Source: Cupriavidus necator
GTDB lineage: Bacteria; Pseudomonadota; Gammaproteobacteria; Burkholderiales; Burkholderiaceae
DNA length: 32,000 nt
NCBI RefSeq assembly: GCF_016127575.1
Contig: NZ_CP066020.1
Location: forward strand, 240,001-272,000
Direction of reading: 5' to 3'
The notes beneath the pieces were generated by a model. The model saw only the letters and a list, made by a program, of their open reading frames with translations. It was not told the DNA's origin and searched no databases. The position numbers and the translations under genes were made by a program. Below, one piece after another: positions 17,438-28,253 of the stretch. Numbering within the stretch: position 1 is the stretch's first letter; every line of letters begins with the position of its first letter.

Positions 17438-17460
17438 CCTTTGTCCACCCACGACAAAGG
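17438..17460 (+). promoter_or_regulatory. Hairpin whose 3' arm overlaps the Shine-Dalgarno of the 17469 ORF
   Basis: CCTTTGTC-cacccac-GACAAAGG forms an 8-bp stem. The SD AAGGAGG spans 17456-17462 and the ATG is at 17469. Confidence 0.35.
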
Positions 17461-17468
17461 AGGCCGAC

Positions 17469-17669
17469 ATGCTAAGTCCGCATGAAATCGCCGCGCTACT
17501 GCTGCTTGACGATGCGCAGGAGATCCACGACCTCGAACCCGAGCATTTGGACAGCTTGCTGGTCCACAAACTGGTCACGTTGGAGCATGGTCATGATACC
17601 GGCAATGCCTACCCCCGCCTGACAAGTCAGGGGCATTCCATGCTCGACGCCGTGCGCCGCATCCGGTAA
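17469..17669 (+). CDS. Small conserved-looking hypothetical protein (paralog of 14648..14899)
   Basis: ATG with AAGGAGG 6 nt upstream; 66 aa. About one third of positions are identical to the 14648 ORF by manual alignment. Confidence 0.65.
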   Translation: MLSPHEIAALLLLDDAQEIHDLEPEHLDSLLVHKLVTLEHGHDTGNAYPRLTSQGHSMLDAVRRIR

Positions 17670-18002
17670 CAGTCGGCTCGTGCGGGAGAGCAAACTTCAC
17701 GCGTAATCGCGGCTCAGGGCTGATATGACCGTTGTCAATCGAGATCGGTTTGTTTCAGTTTCTCAGTTGCATGTTGTCCTAAATTGCAACGTAGCCGTAA
17801 ATCTCGACGGTGGATTACGCTGATATCCGCGGATTGGCTACCGCATTACAGAGGTCCAATGAGCCTGCCGCTATCTAAAGCCGCGAGTCGGATGAAATCC
17901 GTTGCGTAGCCCTGTCGCGGGCTACTCGGGTGCCGGGCTACGCCGCCTTCAGGAAACTGCCTCCAAGGTATGTGTCAAATATGTCGATACTGCAGCGCTC
18001 AG

Positions 18003-18667
18003 TTACGTTGCCCGCGCCTCGTGTGGTACGGCGAGCGACATCGCGAGCCGGCTGATGTCCCAGATGAACCCGCTCAGTTCGCGGGCCACTGCGACCACCG
18101 CCATGTTCGGGATCTTTCCGCGCGCAGCGAGCTTCCGATAGCGCCGGCACAGTAGAACCTGGGCGTCCCAGGCACGGTCAAGGATAGCTTTGGGGATGCG
18201 TTCGTGCCTGCGCTGGATCTCGGGACTGACGCGTGCAGGTACCGGTAACTCCGGGCTGCCTCGACCAGCAGCTTTCTGGCATAGCTGTTGCCGTTCTTGG
18301 TGATGCTGCCCTGACGCCGTTTGTCGCCCGATGAGTGCTCGGAGGGCGTCACGCCGAGCCAAGCCATGAGCTGGCGCGGATGCGCGAAGCGCGAGAGATC
18401 GGCGATCGGCGCGTTCATGTTGGCATAATGCACGTGCCGCGGGCGTCGCAGGCCTCCTCGATAGAGCCCATCCCTGCATGCTGGGGCGTGGAACACAAGC
18501 GCGAGGCGCGTGCGCCGGCACTCACGGCCGGGTCTTGACGACTTTACCGGACTTGCTGGAGGGGACAGATAAAGAGCACCCAACTGTTCCGCATCGCACA
18601 ACGACGCAGCCTCCGGCCGGTCGCCCGCCAGATCCGCCAAGTGCTGCATCGAGTGCTGTCTTGACAC
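18003..18667 (-). pseudogene. IS110-family transposase, C-terminal half only, at least one frameshift
   Basis: DLSRFAHPRQLMAWLGVTPSEHSSGDKRRQGSITKNGNSYARKLLVEAARSYRY is followed, after a frameshift, by PARVSPEIQRRHERIPKAILDRAWDAQVLLCRRYRKLAARGKIPNMAVVAVARELSGFIWDI. This is the Transposase_20 region of the subgroup with the AWKAQxRLxxRYRxLxxRGK motif. The N-terminal DEDD domain is absent. Confidence 0.8.
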
Positions 18668-18689
18668 CTTGTCGCCGGCTTCCTTTAAT
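18661..18689 (+). promoter_or_regulatory. Predicted sigma70-type promoter of the nap operon: TTGACA-N17-TTTAAT
   Basis: A perfect -35 at 18661-18666, an exact 17-nt spacer, and a 5/6 -10 at 18684-18689, about 55 nt upstream of the napE ATG. Confidence 0.5.
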
Positions 18690-18744
18690 GGGTTACGTGT
18701 ATCAAGGTGCTTTATCTGACAGGTTCGGCCGAATACCTCAAGCC

Positions 18745-18912
18745 ATGATGGAATCCGGGGAAGTCCACGATCCGCAGCGCAAGAAGGAAGAACTGCGCAG
18801 CTTCCTGTTCCTCACCGCCGTGATGGTGCCGGTGCTGTCGGTCATCGTCGTTGCCGGCTACGGGTTCATTGTCTGGATGAGCCAACTGGTGGGCGGCCCG
18901 CCCTCGCACTGA
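18745..18912 (+). CDS. napE: NapE, small membrane subunit of periplasmic nitrate reductase
   Basis: 55 aa from the in-frame ATG within track ORF 18478..18912. It has a single TM helix (FLFLTAVMVPVLSVIVVAGYGFIVWM) and sits first in a napEDABC order. Confidence 0.8.
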   Translation: MMESGEVHDPQRKKEELRSFLFLTAVMVPVLSVIVVAGYGFIVWMSQLVGGPPSH

Positions 18913-18987
18913 CAGGCGCCCGCCAGGCGGCGGCGTCACCGGTAACAAGCAAAAGAAGGTGAAGCGGCATTTAGCTGGAGGTTCCGC

Positions 18988-19317
18988 ATGCCGACTGCGA
19001 AGCGTGCCATCCCCATACAGCCACTCCCATGCGGCGAGGAGTGGCATATCGCCGGCATCGTGGTGCACACCCTTCCCGACAGCCTGCCCCAGGTGCGAGC
19101 GGCCATTGAGGCCATAACCGGCGCCGAGATCCACGCGGTCAGCGACGACGGCAAGCTGGTCGTCACCGTCGAGGCGCCCACGTCGCGCGCCATTGCCGCA
19201 CACCTCACCTGCCTCCACCAGTTGGAGGGCGTGCTCTCCGCCGCGCTGGTCTACCAGCACAACGAAGACGCCGCAGCGATGAACGAGGAGATGGCCGATG
19301 AAGATCTCTCGTCGTGA
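18988..19317 (+). CDS. napD: NapD, NapA-specific chaperone
   Basis: 109 aa. [10 protein letters not shown]...[25 protein letters not shown] is typical of NapD. The gene overlaps the napA start by 20 nt. Confidence 0.9.
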
Positions 19318-21793
19318 TTTCATCAAGCAGACCGCGATCACGGCTACCGCATCCGTGGCAGGCGTGACCCTGCCAGCGGGGGCCGCCAACTTTGTCACAG
19401 ACAGCGAGGTGACCAAGCTGAAGTGGTCAAAGGCGCCATGCCGGTTCTGCGGCACAGGCTGCGGCGTCACCGTCGCCGTCAAGGACAACAAGGTGGTGGC
19501 CACGCAAGGCGATCCGCAGGCCGAGGTCAACAAGGGCCTGAACTGCGTCAAGGGCTACTTCCTGTCCAAGATCATGTACGGGCAGGACCGGCTCACCAGG
19601 CCGCTCATGCGCATGAAGAACGGCAAGTACGACAAGAACGGCGATTTCGCGCCGGTCACCTGGGACCAGGCGTTCGACGAGATGGAGCGCCAGTTCAAGC
19701 GCGTGCTGAAGGAAAAGGGTCCGACCGCGGTCGGCATGTTCGGCTCCGGCCAGTGGACGGTATGGGAAGGCTACGCGGCCGCCAAGCTCTACAAGGCAGG
19801 CTTCCGCTCCAACAACATCGACCCCAATGCGCGGCATTGCATGGCATCGGCCGCGGCCGGCTTCATGCGCACCTTCGGCATGGACGAGCCGATGGGCTGC
19901 TATGACGACTTCGAGGCCGCCGATGCCTTCGTGCTGTGGGGCTCGAACATGGCAGAGATGCACCCGATCCTGTGGACCCGCGTCACCGACCGCCGGCTGA
20001 GCCACCCCAAGACCCGCGTGGTGGTGCTCTCCACCTTCACGCACCGGTGCTTCGACCTGGCCGACATTGGCATCATCTTCAAGCCGCAGACTGACCTGGC
20101 GATGCTCAACTACATCGCCAACTACATCATCCGCAACAACAAGGTCAACAAGGACTTCGTCAACAAGCACACCGTCTTCAAAGAGGGCGTGACCGACATC
20201 GGCTACGGCCTGCGCCCGGACCATCCGCTGCAGAAGGCGGCCAAGAATGCCTCCGACCCCGGCGCGGCCAAAGTCATCACCTTCGACGAATTCGCGAAAT
20301 TCGTCTCGAAGTATGACGCCGACTACGTCAGCAAGCTGTCGGCCGTGCCCAAGGCCAAGCTCGACCAGCTCGCCGAACTGTACGCCGACCCCAACATCAA
20401 GGTCATGTCGCTGTGGACCATGGGCTTCAACCAGCACACGCGCGGAACGTGGGCCAACAACATGGTCTACAACCTGCACTTGCTGACCGGCAAGATCGCC
20501 ACGCCGGGCAACAGCCCGTTCTCACTGACGGGGCAACCCTCCGCCTGCGGCACCGCGCGCGAGGTCGGCACCTTCTCGCACCGGCTGCCGGCGGACATGG
20601 TGGTCACCAACCCAAAGCATCGCGAAGAGGCCGAGCGCATCTGGAAGCTGCCGCCTGGCACCATCCCCGACAAGCCCGGCTACGACGCCGTGCTGCAGAA
20701 CCGCATGCTCAAGGACGGCAAGCTCAACGCCTACTGGGTGCAGGTCAATAACAACATGCAGGCCGCCGCCAACCTGATGGAGGAAGGGCTGCCGGGCTAC
20801 CGGAATCCCGCCAACTTCATCGTAGTGTCGGACGCCTACCCCACCGTGACCGCGCTGGCCGCCGACCTGGTCCTGCCCAGCGCGATGTGGGTCGAGAAGG
20901 AAGGCGCCTACGGCAACGCCGAACGCCGCACGCAGTTCTGGCACCAGCTGGTCGATGCTCCGGGCGAGGCGCGCTCGGACCTGTGGCAGCTGGTGGAGTT
21001 CGCCAAGCGCTTCAAGGTGGAAGAGGTCTGGCCGCCCGAGCTGATCGCCAAAAAGCCGGAGTACAAGGGCAAGACCTTGTATGACGTGCTCTACCGCAAC
21101 GGCCAGGTCGACAAGTTCCCGCTCAAGGACGTCAACGCCGAATACCACAATGCCGAGGCCAAGGCCTTCGGCTTCTATCTCCAGAAGGGCCTGTTCGAGG
21201 AATACGCCACCTTCGGCCGCGGTCACGGCCATGACCTGGCGCCGTTCGACGCCTACCACGAGGCGCGCGGCCTGCGCTGGCCCGTGGTCAACGGCAAGGA
21301 GACCCGCTGGCGCTACCGCGAAGGCAGCGACCCATACGTCAAGGCCGGCACCGGCTTCCAGTTCTACGGCAACCCCGACGGCAAGGCGGTGATCTTCGCC
21401 CTGCCCTACGAGCCGCCGGCCGAATCGCCCGACAAGGAATACCCGTACTGGCTAGTCACCGGCCGCGTGCTGGAGCACTGGCACTCCGGATCGATGACGC
21501 GGCGCGTGCCGGAGCTTTACCGTTCCTTCCCCAATGCGGTGGTGTTCATGCACCCGGAAGACGCGAAAGCGTTGGGGCTGCGCCGTGGCGTGGAGGTCGA
21601 GGTGGTGTCGCGGCGCGGCCGCATGCGCTCCCGCATCGAGACACGCGGGCGCGACGCGCCGCCGCGCGGGCTGGTGTTCGTGCCGTGGTTCGACGCCAGC
21701 CAGCTGATCAACAAGGTAACGCTGGACGCTACCTGCCCGATCTCGCTGCAGACCGACTTCAAGAAGTGCGCGGTCAAGATCGTGAAGGTATAG
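19298..21793 (+). CDS. napA: NapA, periplasmic nitrate reductase catalytic subunit (Mo-bisMGD, 4Fe-4S)
   Basis: 831 aa with a Tat signal ([29 protein letters not shown]) and a Cys cluster ([10 protein letters not shown]...C). The length and sequence are typical of NapA. Confidence 0.98.
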
Positions 21794-21824
21794 CGTCGGT
21801 CGAGACCAAGAACAGGGAGACGCC

Positions 21825-22334
21825 ATGAAGCCAAGCCGATCCTGGGCAAGCCTGCTGGCCGTCTGCGCGGTGCTGCTGGCCGCGCTGGCCATGCAGGCGA
21901 TCTTTTTCCCCGCGCCCGCGCGCGCGCAGGGCCTGGTGGATGCCATGCGCGGCCCCACCGCCATCGCCAACGAGCCGCGCGCCCCGCTGCTCTACCCCAC
22001 AGAGAACAAGGACATCCGCCGCACGCGCAACTACACCATGCAGCCGCCGACGATCCCGCACAAGATCGACGGCTACCAGCTGGACAAGGACTTCAACCGC
22101 TGCATGTTCTGCCACGCGCGCACCCGCACCGAAGAGACCCAGGCGATCCCGGTCAGCATCACGCACTACATGGATCGCGACAACAACGTGCTGGCCGATG
22201 TTTCGCCGCGGCGCTATTTCTGCACCCAATGCCACGTACCGCAGGCCGATACTAAGCCGCTGATCGGCAACAACTTCGTCGACGTGGACACCATCCTCAA
22301 GCGCAGGCCCGGCGCCAAGGGCGCCGCCAAATAA
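21825..22334 (+). CDS. napB: NapB, dihaem cytochrome c subunit
   Basis: 169 aa with a signal peptide and two CxxCH motifs (CMFCH, CTQCH). Confidence 0.95.
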   Translation: MKPSRSWASLLAVCAVLLAALAMQAIFFPAPARAQGLVDAMRGPTAIANEPRAPLLYPTENKDIRRTRNYTMQPPTIPHKIDGYQLDKDFNRCMFCHARTRTEETQAIPVSITHYMDRDNNVLADVSPRRYFCTQCHVPQADTKPLIGNNFVDVDTILKRRPGAKGAAK

Positions 22335-22355
22335 AACGAACAAAGTGGGTACGCC

Positions 22356-22943
22356 ATGCTCGACCTGATCAAGCGCTACTGGCGGACGATCAACCGGCCC
22401 AGCGCCTATTTCAGCCTGGGTTTCCTGACCCTGGGCGGCTTCATTGCCGGCGTGATGTTCTGGGGCGCGTTCAACACGGCGCTGGAGCTGACCAACACCG
22501 AGCAGTTCTGCACCGGCTGCCACGAGATGCGTGATAACGTCTACCAGGAGCTGCAGGGCACCATCCACTTCACCAACCGCAGCGGCGTGCGCGCCAAGTG
22601 CTCGGACTGCCATGTGCCGCACAACTGGACCACCAAGATGGCGCGCAAGATGCAGGCATCCAAGGAGGTCTGGGGCAAGGTCTTCGGCACCATCGACACC
22701 CGTGAAAAGTTCCAGGCGCACCGGCTCACGCTGGCCCAGCACGAGTGGGCCCGCTTCAAGGCCAACGACTCGCTGGAATGCCGCAACTGCCACGACTACC
22801 AGTCGATGGACTTCACGCGGCAGAGCCCGCGCGCACAGGCCATGCACTCGACTTATCTAGCCAACAAGGAAAAGACCTGCATCGACTGCCACAAGGGCAT
22901 CGCCCACCATCTTCCCGACGTGTCCAAGGCCGGGGAGAAATGA
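22356..22943 (+). CDS. napC: NapC, membrane-anchored tetrahaem cytochrome c (NapC/NirT family)
   Basis: 195 aa with an N-terminal TM helix and four CxxCH motifs (CTGCH, CSDCH, CRNCH, CIDCH). Confidence 0.95.
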   Translation: MLDLIKRYWRTINRPSAYFSLGFLTLGGFIAGVMFWGAFNTALELTNTEQFCTGCHEMRDNVYQELQGTIHFTNRSGVRAKCSDCHVPHNWTTKMARKMQASKEVWGKVFGTIDTREKFQAHRLTLAQHEWARFKANDSLECRNCHDYQSMDFTRQSPRAQAMHSTYLANKEKTCIDCHKGIAHHLPDVSKAGEK

Positions 22944-22946
22944 CAC

Positions 22947-23630
22947 GTGCCAGCCCGCTCGCCCGAGCCGTTGCCTGATCATTCGTCGGTCTGCTCGCCC
23001 GGCTGCGCAGACCTTCCCATCCTTGCCGCCAGCGGGCTCGGCTTCTCCCGTGCGGGACGGGTCGTGTTCAGCGGCATCGATCTCGCTCTCGGCCCCGGCG
23101 ATCTACTCCAGGTGCTGGGCGCCAACGGCAGCGGCAAGACCAGCCTGCTGCGCGTACTGAGCGGCCTAGTGGCTCCGGACGAGGGCGAACTGCACTGGCG
23201 CGGACGGCCGGTTCGCGCCGGCGACCCGTCCTTGCTGCAGGCGCTGGCCTATGTCGGCCACGCCAACGGCATCGATCCCGAACTGAGTCCCGTGGAGAAC
23301 CTGCGCTTCGCCGCACGCCTGGCGGGCGTCGCCGCCACACCCGACAACGTGCAGGCCGCGCTGGCCGCGTTCGGGCTGGAGCGCGTCATGCATGCGCCGG
23401 CGCGGTCGCTGTCGCAAGGCCTGCGCCGGCGCGCGGCGCTGGCGCGGCTGGCGCTGGCGCGGCGCGAACTGTGGCTGCTGGACGAGCCGGTGACGTCGCT
23501 CGACGCCGACGCCGCTGCGCGCTTCCAGGCACAGCTCGACGATCACCTGCGCGCGGGCGGCATGGCCATCGTCGCCACGCACGCGCTGCTGCCGGGCGCC
23601 AGGACCTTAAGGCTGGACGCCCGGTCATGA
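22947..23630 (+). CDS. ccmA: CcmA, haem exporter ATP-binding protein
   Basis: Walker A GANGSGKTS, signature LSQGLRRR and Walker B LWLLDEP. A GTG start lies 3 nt after the napC stop, giving an N-terminal extension of about 25 aa, so the start is uncertain. Confidence 0.9.
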   Translation: MPARSPEPLPDHSSVCSPGCADLPILAASGLGFSRAGRVVFSGIDLALGPGDLLQVLGANGSGKTSLLRVLSGLVAPDEGELHWRGRPVRAGDPSLLQALAYVGHANGIDPELSPVENLRFAARLAGVAATPDNVQAALAAFGLERVMHAPARSLSQGLRRRAALARLALARRELWLLDEPVTSLDADAAARFQAQLDDHLRAGGMAIVATHALLPGARTLRLDARS

Positions 23631-24304
23631 CCCGCACCCTGGCCGCCATCATCATGCACGACCTGTCGCTTTCGTGGCGACGGCGCGGCAGCCTGCTCGG
23701 CAGCGTGGTGTTCTTCGTGATCGCCACCAGCCTGTTCCCGCTGGCCGTCGGGCCCGACCTGCAGCAGCTGCGCGCCCTTGCGCCCGGCATCCTGTGGGTG
23801 GCAGCGCTGCTGGCATCGATGCTGTCGCTGTCGCGGCTCTTCTCGCAGGAGTACGCCGACGGCAGTCTCGATCAGCTGCTGCTGTCGCCGCATCCGCTGG
23901 CGCTGCTGGTGCTGGCCAAGATCTGTGCGCACTGGCTGACCAGCGGGCTGCCGCTGCTGCTGTTGACGCCATTGCTCGCCCAGCAATACAGCCTGCCGGC
24001 AGGTTCTTCGTTTCTGCTTGCAGCGTCGCTGCTGGTGGGCACGCCGGCGCTCAGCCTGATCGGCGCGGTCGGCGCCGCGCTCACGCTGGGCGTGCGCGGC
24101 GGTACCGTCCTGCTCTGCATTCTGGTGCTGCCCCTGTGCGTGCCGGTGCTGGTATTCGGCGCCAGCGCCGGCGCCGGCGCCGACGCCGGGCTCGAGGTGC
24201 TGCCGCAGTTCTCGCTGCTCGGCGCCTGCCTGGCCTTGTCATTGTTCCTGTGCCCGCTGGCCACCGCCGCCGGGCTGCGCACCGCCATGGAGTCGTCCGG
24301 ATGA
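23627..24304 (+). CDS. ccmB: CcmB, haem exporter membrane protein
   Basis: 225 aa from the in-frame ATG (ATGA overlap with ccmA). It is polytopic and hydrophobic, with FPLAVGPD and LSLSRLF motifs typical of CcmB. Confidence 0.9.
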   Translation: MTRTLAAIIMHDLSLSWRRRGSLLGSVVFFVIATSLFPLAVGPDLQQLRALAPGILWVAALLASMLSLSRLFSQEYADGSLDQLLLSPHPLALLVLAKICAHWLTSGLPLLLLTPLLAQQYSLPAGSSFLLAASLLVGTPALSLIGAVGAALTLGVRGGTVLLCILVLPLCVPVLVFGASAGAGADAGLEVLPQFSLLGACLALSLFLCPLATAAGLRTAMESSG

Positions 24305-25101
24305 GCCCCCCGCTCAACCCAGCGCATGGCGGCAACGCTGCGCCACCTGCGCTGCGCTCCCGCTGGCTGGCCTACGCCGCGCCAGTCCGCTTCTATCCGC
24401 TGGCGGGACGGCTGGCGCCGTGGTGCTTCGCGGCTGCCGCCATCTTCCTGCTCACTGGGCTCTACGTCGGCTTTGCCGTCTCGCCCACAGACGCGCAGCA
24501 GGGCGAGGTCTATCGCATCATCTTCATCCACGTGCCGGCGGCGTGGATGTCAATGTTCATCTACCTCGTCATGGCCGGCTACTGCGCGCTGGCGCTGGTG
24601 CTGCGCACGCGGCTGTCGTCGATGATGGCCTCGGCGCTGGCGCCCACGGGCGCTCTCTTCACCGCGCTCGCGCTGTGGACGGGCGCCCTGTGGGGCCAGC
24701 CGACCTGGGGCACATGGTGGGTGTGGGACGCGCGCCTCACGTCGGAGCTGATGCTGCTGTTCCTCTACCTCGGTTTCATCGCGCTGGAGGCCGCCATCGA
24801 CGAGCCGCGCCGAGCCGAACGCGCCTGCGCGGTGCTGGCACTGGTGGGCGTGGTCAATATCCCCGTCATCTACTTCTCGGTGCAGTGGTGGAACACGCTG
24901 CACCAGGGCGCTTCAGTCAGCCTCACCGCGGCGCCGTCGATGGCCGCCACCATGCTCGCCGGCATGCTGCTGATGACGCTGGCCTGCTGGATGTACACCA
25001 TCGCCGTCGCGCTGGTGCGCGTACGCTGCATCCTGCGCGAGCGCGGCGAGGTGTCCGATGCCGGCCACGCGCCGGCGAATCCCCGGGAGACCACAACATG
25101 A
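24301..25101 (+). CDS. ccmC: CcmC, haem lyase/chaperone loader
   Basis: ATGA overlap with ccmB. It carries the WWD motif [14 protein letters not shown]. Confidence 0.92.
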
Positions 25102-25238
25102 ACTGGTCCGCACTGTCATCCTTTACTGGCCATGCAGCATATATCGTGGGCGCCTTCGGCATGGCTTTCGCCCTGCTCGCCATCGAACTGTTCTTGCTTG
25201 CGCGGCGCGCCCGTGCCGGCGCAGGTCCTCGCCGATGA
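25098..25238 (+). CDS. ccmD: CcmD, small membrane protein
   Basis: 46 aa with one TM helix ([22 protein letters not shown]) and ATGA overlaps on both sides. Confidence 0.8.
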
Positions 25239-25702
25239 CACCACGCAGGCGCCGCCTGGGTCTGTTGCTCGCCGCGCTGATCTGCGTCGGCATCGCCACG
25301 ACGCTGGTGCTCAATGCGTTCCGCTCCAACCTGGTGTTCTTCTTCAGCCCAAGCCAGGTCGCGGCGCACGAGGCGCCGGTGGCGCGCAGCTTCCGCCTGG
25401 GCGGGCTGGTGGCGCCCGGGTCGATCCGGCGCGAGGGCGACGGCATGACCATCCGCTTCATCGTCACCGATACCGCGCGGCAGGTGCTGGTGGTCTATCG
25501 CGGCCTGCTGCCCGACCTGTTCCGCGAGGGCAAAGGCGTGGTGGCGCGCGGCAAGCTGGAAGCGGACGGCACTTTCGTCGCCAGCGAGGTGCTGGCCAAG
25601 CATGATGAGAACTACATGCCGCCCGAGGCCGCCGACGCGCTGAAGCAGGCCGAGCAGGTCAACCGCCGCATGGCCGGGACCCCGCAAGGAGCGCGGCAAT
25701 GA
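25235..25702 (+). CDS. ccmE: CcmE, haem chaperone
   Basis: 155 aa with an N-terminal anchor, an OB-fold region, and the haem-binding motif [12 protein letters not shown]. Confidence 0.93.
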
Positions 25703-27714
25703 ATGCCGAACTCGGCCATTTCGCGCTGATCGTGGCCCTGCTGGTCGCGATAGTGCAGGCCGCATTGCCGCTGGCCGGCGCCGCGCACGGCAACATCGCG
25801 TGGATGGCCGTGGCCCGTCCCGCCGCGCGCGTGCAGTGCGTGCTGGTGGCGCTGGCCTTCGGCTCGCTGACATGGGCCTTCGTCAGCAATGACTTCAGCG
25901 TGCGCTACGTGGCGGCGAATGCCAACACCGCCCTGCCGCTGACCTACCGCATTGCGGCCGTATGGGGCGGGCACGAAGGTTCGATGCTGCTGTGGACGCT
26001 GATGCTCGGGCTGTGGTCGACGGCAGTTTCCTTCTGCAGCCGGCAGCGGCCACTCGCCGTCGTGGCGCGTGTGCTGGGTGTGATGGGCACCATCAGCGCC
26101 GGCTTCCTGCTGTTCCTGCTGTTCGCGTCCAATCCGTTCCTCCGCCTGCTGCCGCCCGCGATGGAAGGCCGCGACCTCAACCCGCTGCTGCAGGACCCGG
26201 GCATGGTGTTTCATCCGCCGCTACTCTATATGGGCTATGTCGGCTTCTCGGTCACCTTCGCCTTCGCCGTGGCCGCGCTGCTGGCAGGCCGGGCCGACGC
26301 CGCTTGGGCACGCTGGTCGCGCCCGTGGACCACGGTGGCGTGGGCACTGCTGACGCTGGGCATCATGCTCGGCAGTGCCTGGGCGTACTACGAACTCGGC
26401 TGGGGCGGCTGGTGGTTCTGGGATCCGGTCGAGAACGCCTCCTTCATGCCCTGGCTCGCGGGCACCGCGCTGATGCACTCGCTCGCGGTCACAGAGAAAC
26501 GCGGCGCGTTCCGCGCCTGGACGGTGCTGCTCGCCATCTTTACCTTCTCGCTGAGCCTGCTCGGCACTTTCCTGGTCCGCTCCGGCGTGCTCACCTCGGT
26601 GCACGCGTTTGCGGTCGACCCGAAGCGCGGCATCTTCATCCTGGCGCTGCTGGGACTGGTCACCGGACTGTCGCTGACGCTCTATGGATGGCGCGCGCCG
26701 CGGCTTGCACGGCGCGTCGAATTTTCCGTGGCAGCGCGGGAATCCCTGCTGCTCGCCAACAATGTGCTGCTGGCCGTCGCCGCTGCCACCGTGTTGCTCG
26801 GCACGCTCTACCCATTGCTGCTGGACGTGCTCGGGCTGGGCAAGATCTCGGTCGGCCCGGCGTACTTCGAGCAGGTATTCGTGCCGCTGATGGCGCCCGC
26901 CGTGCTGCTGATGGGCGCCGCGCCGCTGGCGCGCTGGCGGCACGGCGGCCTGCCCGACATGGCGCGACGGCTGCGCTGGGCGGCGGCGGCCAGCATCGTC
27001 GTCGGACTCGGCCTGTTGCTGGTTCAGCGCAACGCGTCGGCGCTCGCAGGGCTGGGGCTGGTGCTGGCGGCCTGGTGCGGGCTCAGCGCCGTGGCCAGCC
27101 TGTCTACGCGCCTGCGGAACCAGCAAGGCCGGCGCCTGGCCGCCTTGCGCCAGCTGCCCGCGAGCTATTGGGGCATGCTGCTGTCGCACGCGGGCGTGGG
27201 CGTCTTCATCGCCGGCGTGACGCTGGTGTCGAGCCAGGAGAGCCTGCGCGAACTGCCCATGCGCGTGGGCCACAACATCAGCGTTGGCGGCTATAGCTTC
27301 CGCTTCGACGGCGTGACGCAGGCGGCGGGCCCCAACTACGATGCGCTGCGCGGAACGCTGTCCGTGTCCCGCCACGGCAAGATCGTCGCCGTCCTCGCCC
27401 CGGAACGCCGCATCTACCGCAGCCAGGACATGCCCACCACCGAAGCCGCCATCGACAGCGGCCTGACCCGCGATCTCTACGTCGCGCTGGGCGAGGGCGT
27501 GGGCGATGGCGGCTGGGCGGTGCGCATCCACGTCAAGCCGTTCGTCGACTGGATCTGGGCCGGGTGCATCCTGATGGCGCTGGGCGGCTTGCTTGCCGTC
27601 TGCGACAAACGCTACCGCCTGCGTCGGCGCGCCCCGGCTCCACAGGCCGAAACAGTCGATGCGCCGAAGGCACCGGCACTGGCGCTTTCCACCGCCGAGG
27701 AGACGCGGGCATGA
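25699..27714 (+). CDS. ccmF: CcmF, cytochrome c-type biogenesis haem lyase subunit
   Basis: 671 aa, polytopic, with the WWD motif [18 protein letters not shown]. Confidence 0.97.
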
Positions 27715-28253
27715 CGCGCTTCCTGCTGCCGCTCGCGGCTTTCCTCGCACTGACCATCGCCCTGGCGGCCGGGCTGCGGCACGATCCGCGCGAACTGCCC
27801 TCGCCGCTGGTCGGTAAGCCCGCGCCGGCGTTCAGCCTGCCGCTGCTCGAACCCGAAGGACGCACGCTCGCGGCGGCCGACATGCGAGGCAAGGTCTGGC
27901 TGCTGAACGTGTGGGCATCGTGGTGCGCCGCCTGCCGCACCGAACATCCGGTGCTGGTTGACTTCGCCGCCCGTTCGCACGTGCCGCTGTACGGGCTGAA
28001 TTACAAGGACGAAACCGGCGCGGCCCGCGACTGGCTGCAGCGCATGGGCAACCCGTACGCCGCGTCGCTGGTCGATGCGGATGGGCGAGTGGGCATCGAT
28101 TACGGCGTATACGGCGTACCTGAGACCTTTGTCATCGACCAGTCCGGCGTGGTGCGCTACCGTCAGGCCGGCCCGGTCACGCGCGAGGTGCTGGAGCGCA
28201 AGCTGATGCCACTCATCGAGCAGCTCGAGAAAAGCGGGGACGGCCATGCGTAG
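27711..28253 (+). CDS. ccmG: CcmG/DsbE, periplasmic thiol:disulfide oxidoreductase
   Basis: 180 aa from the in-frame ATG (ATGA overlap with ccmF), with WASWCAACRTEHP (CxxC) and GVYGVPETF motifs. Confidence 0.93.
   Translation: MTRFLLPLAAFLALTIALAAGLRHDPRELPSPLVGKPAPAFSLPLLEPEGRTLAAADMRGKVWLLNVWASWCAACRTEHPVLVDFAARSHVPLYGLNYKDETGAARDWLQRMGNPYAASLVDADGRVGIDYGVYGVPETFVIDQSGVVRYRQAGPVTREVLERKLMPLIEQLEKSGDGHA

Noticed and set aside
18690-18710. ATCAA half-site (GTTACGTGTATCAAGG) near the nap promoter as an FNR box
   Set aside because: The left half does not match TTGAT at N4 spacing, and the site lies downstream of the predicted -10, which is the wrong position for activation.
19427-20479. Long minus-strand ORFs opposite napA, napB/C and the ccm genes: 19427..20479, 20522..21259, 21774..22847, 24923..25873, 26221..27750, 27612..28409 and 28749..29786
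   Set aside because: They lie antisense to genes with unmistakable family signatures. They are Arg/Gly/His/Ala-rich with no motifs, which is the usual shadow-ORF artefact of high-GC DNA.
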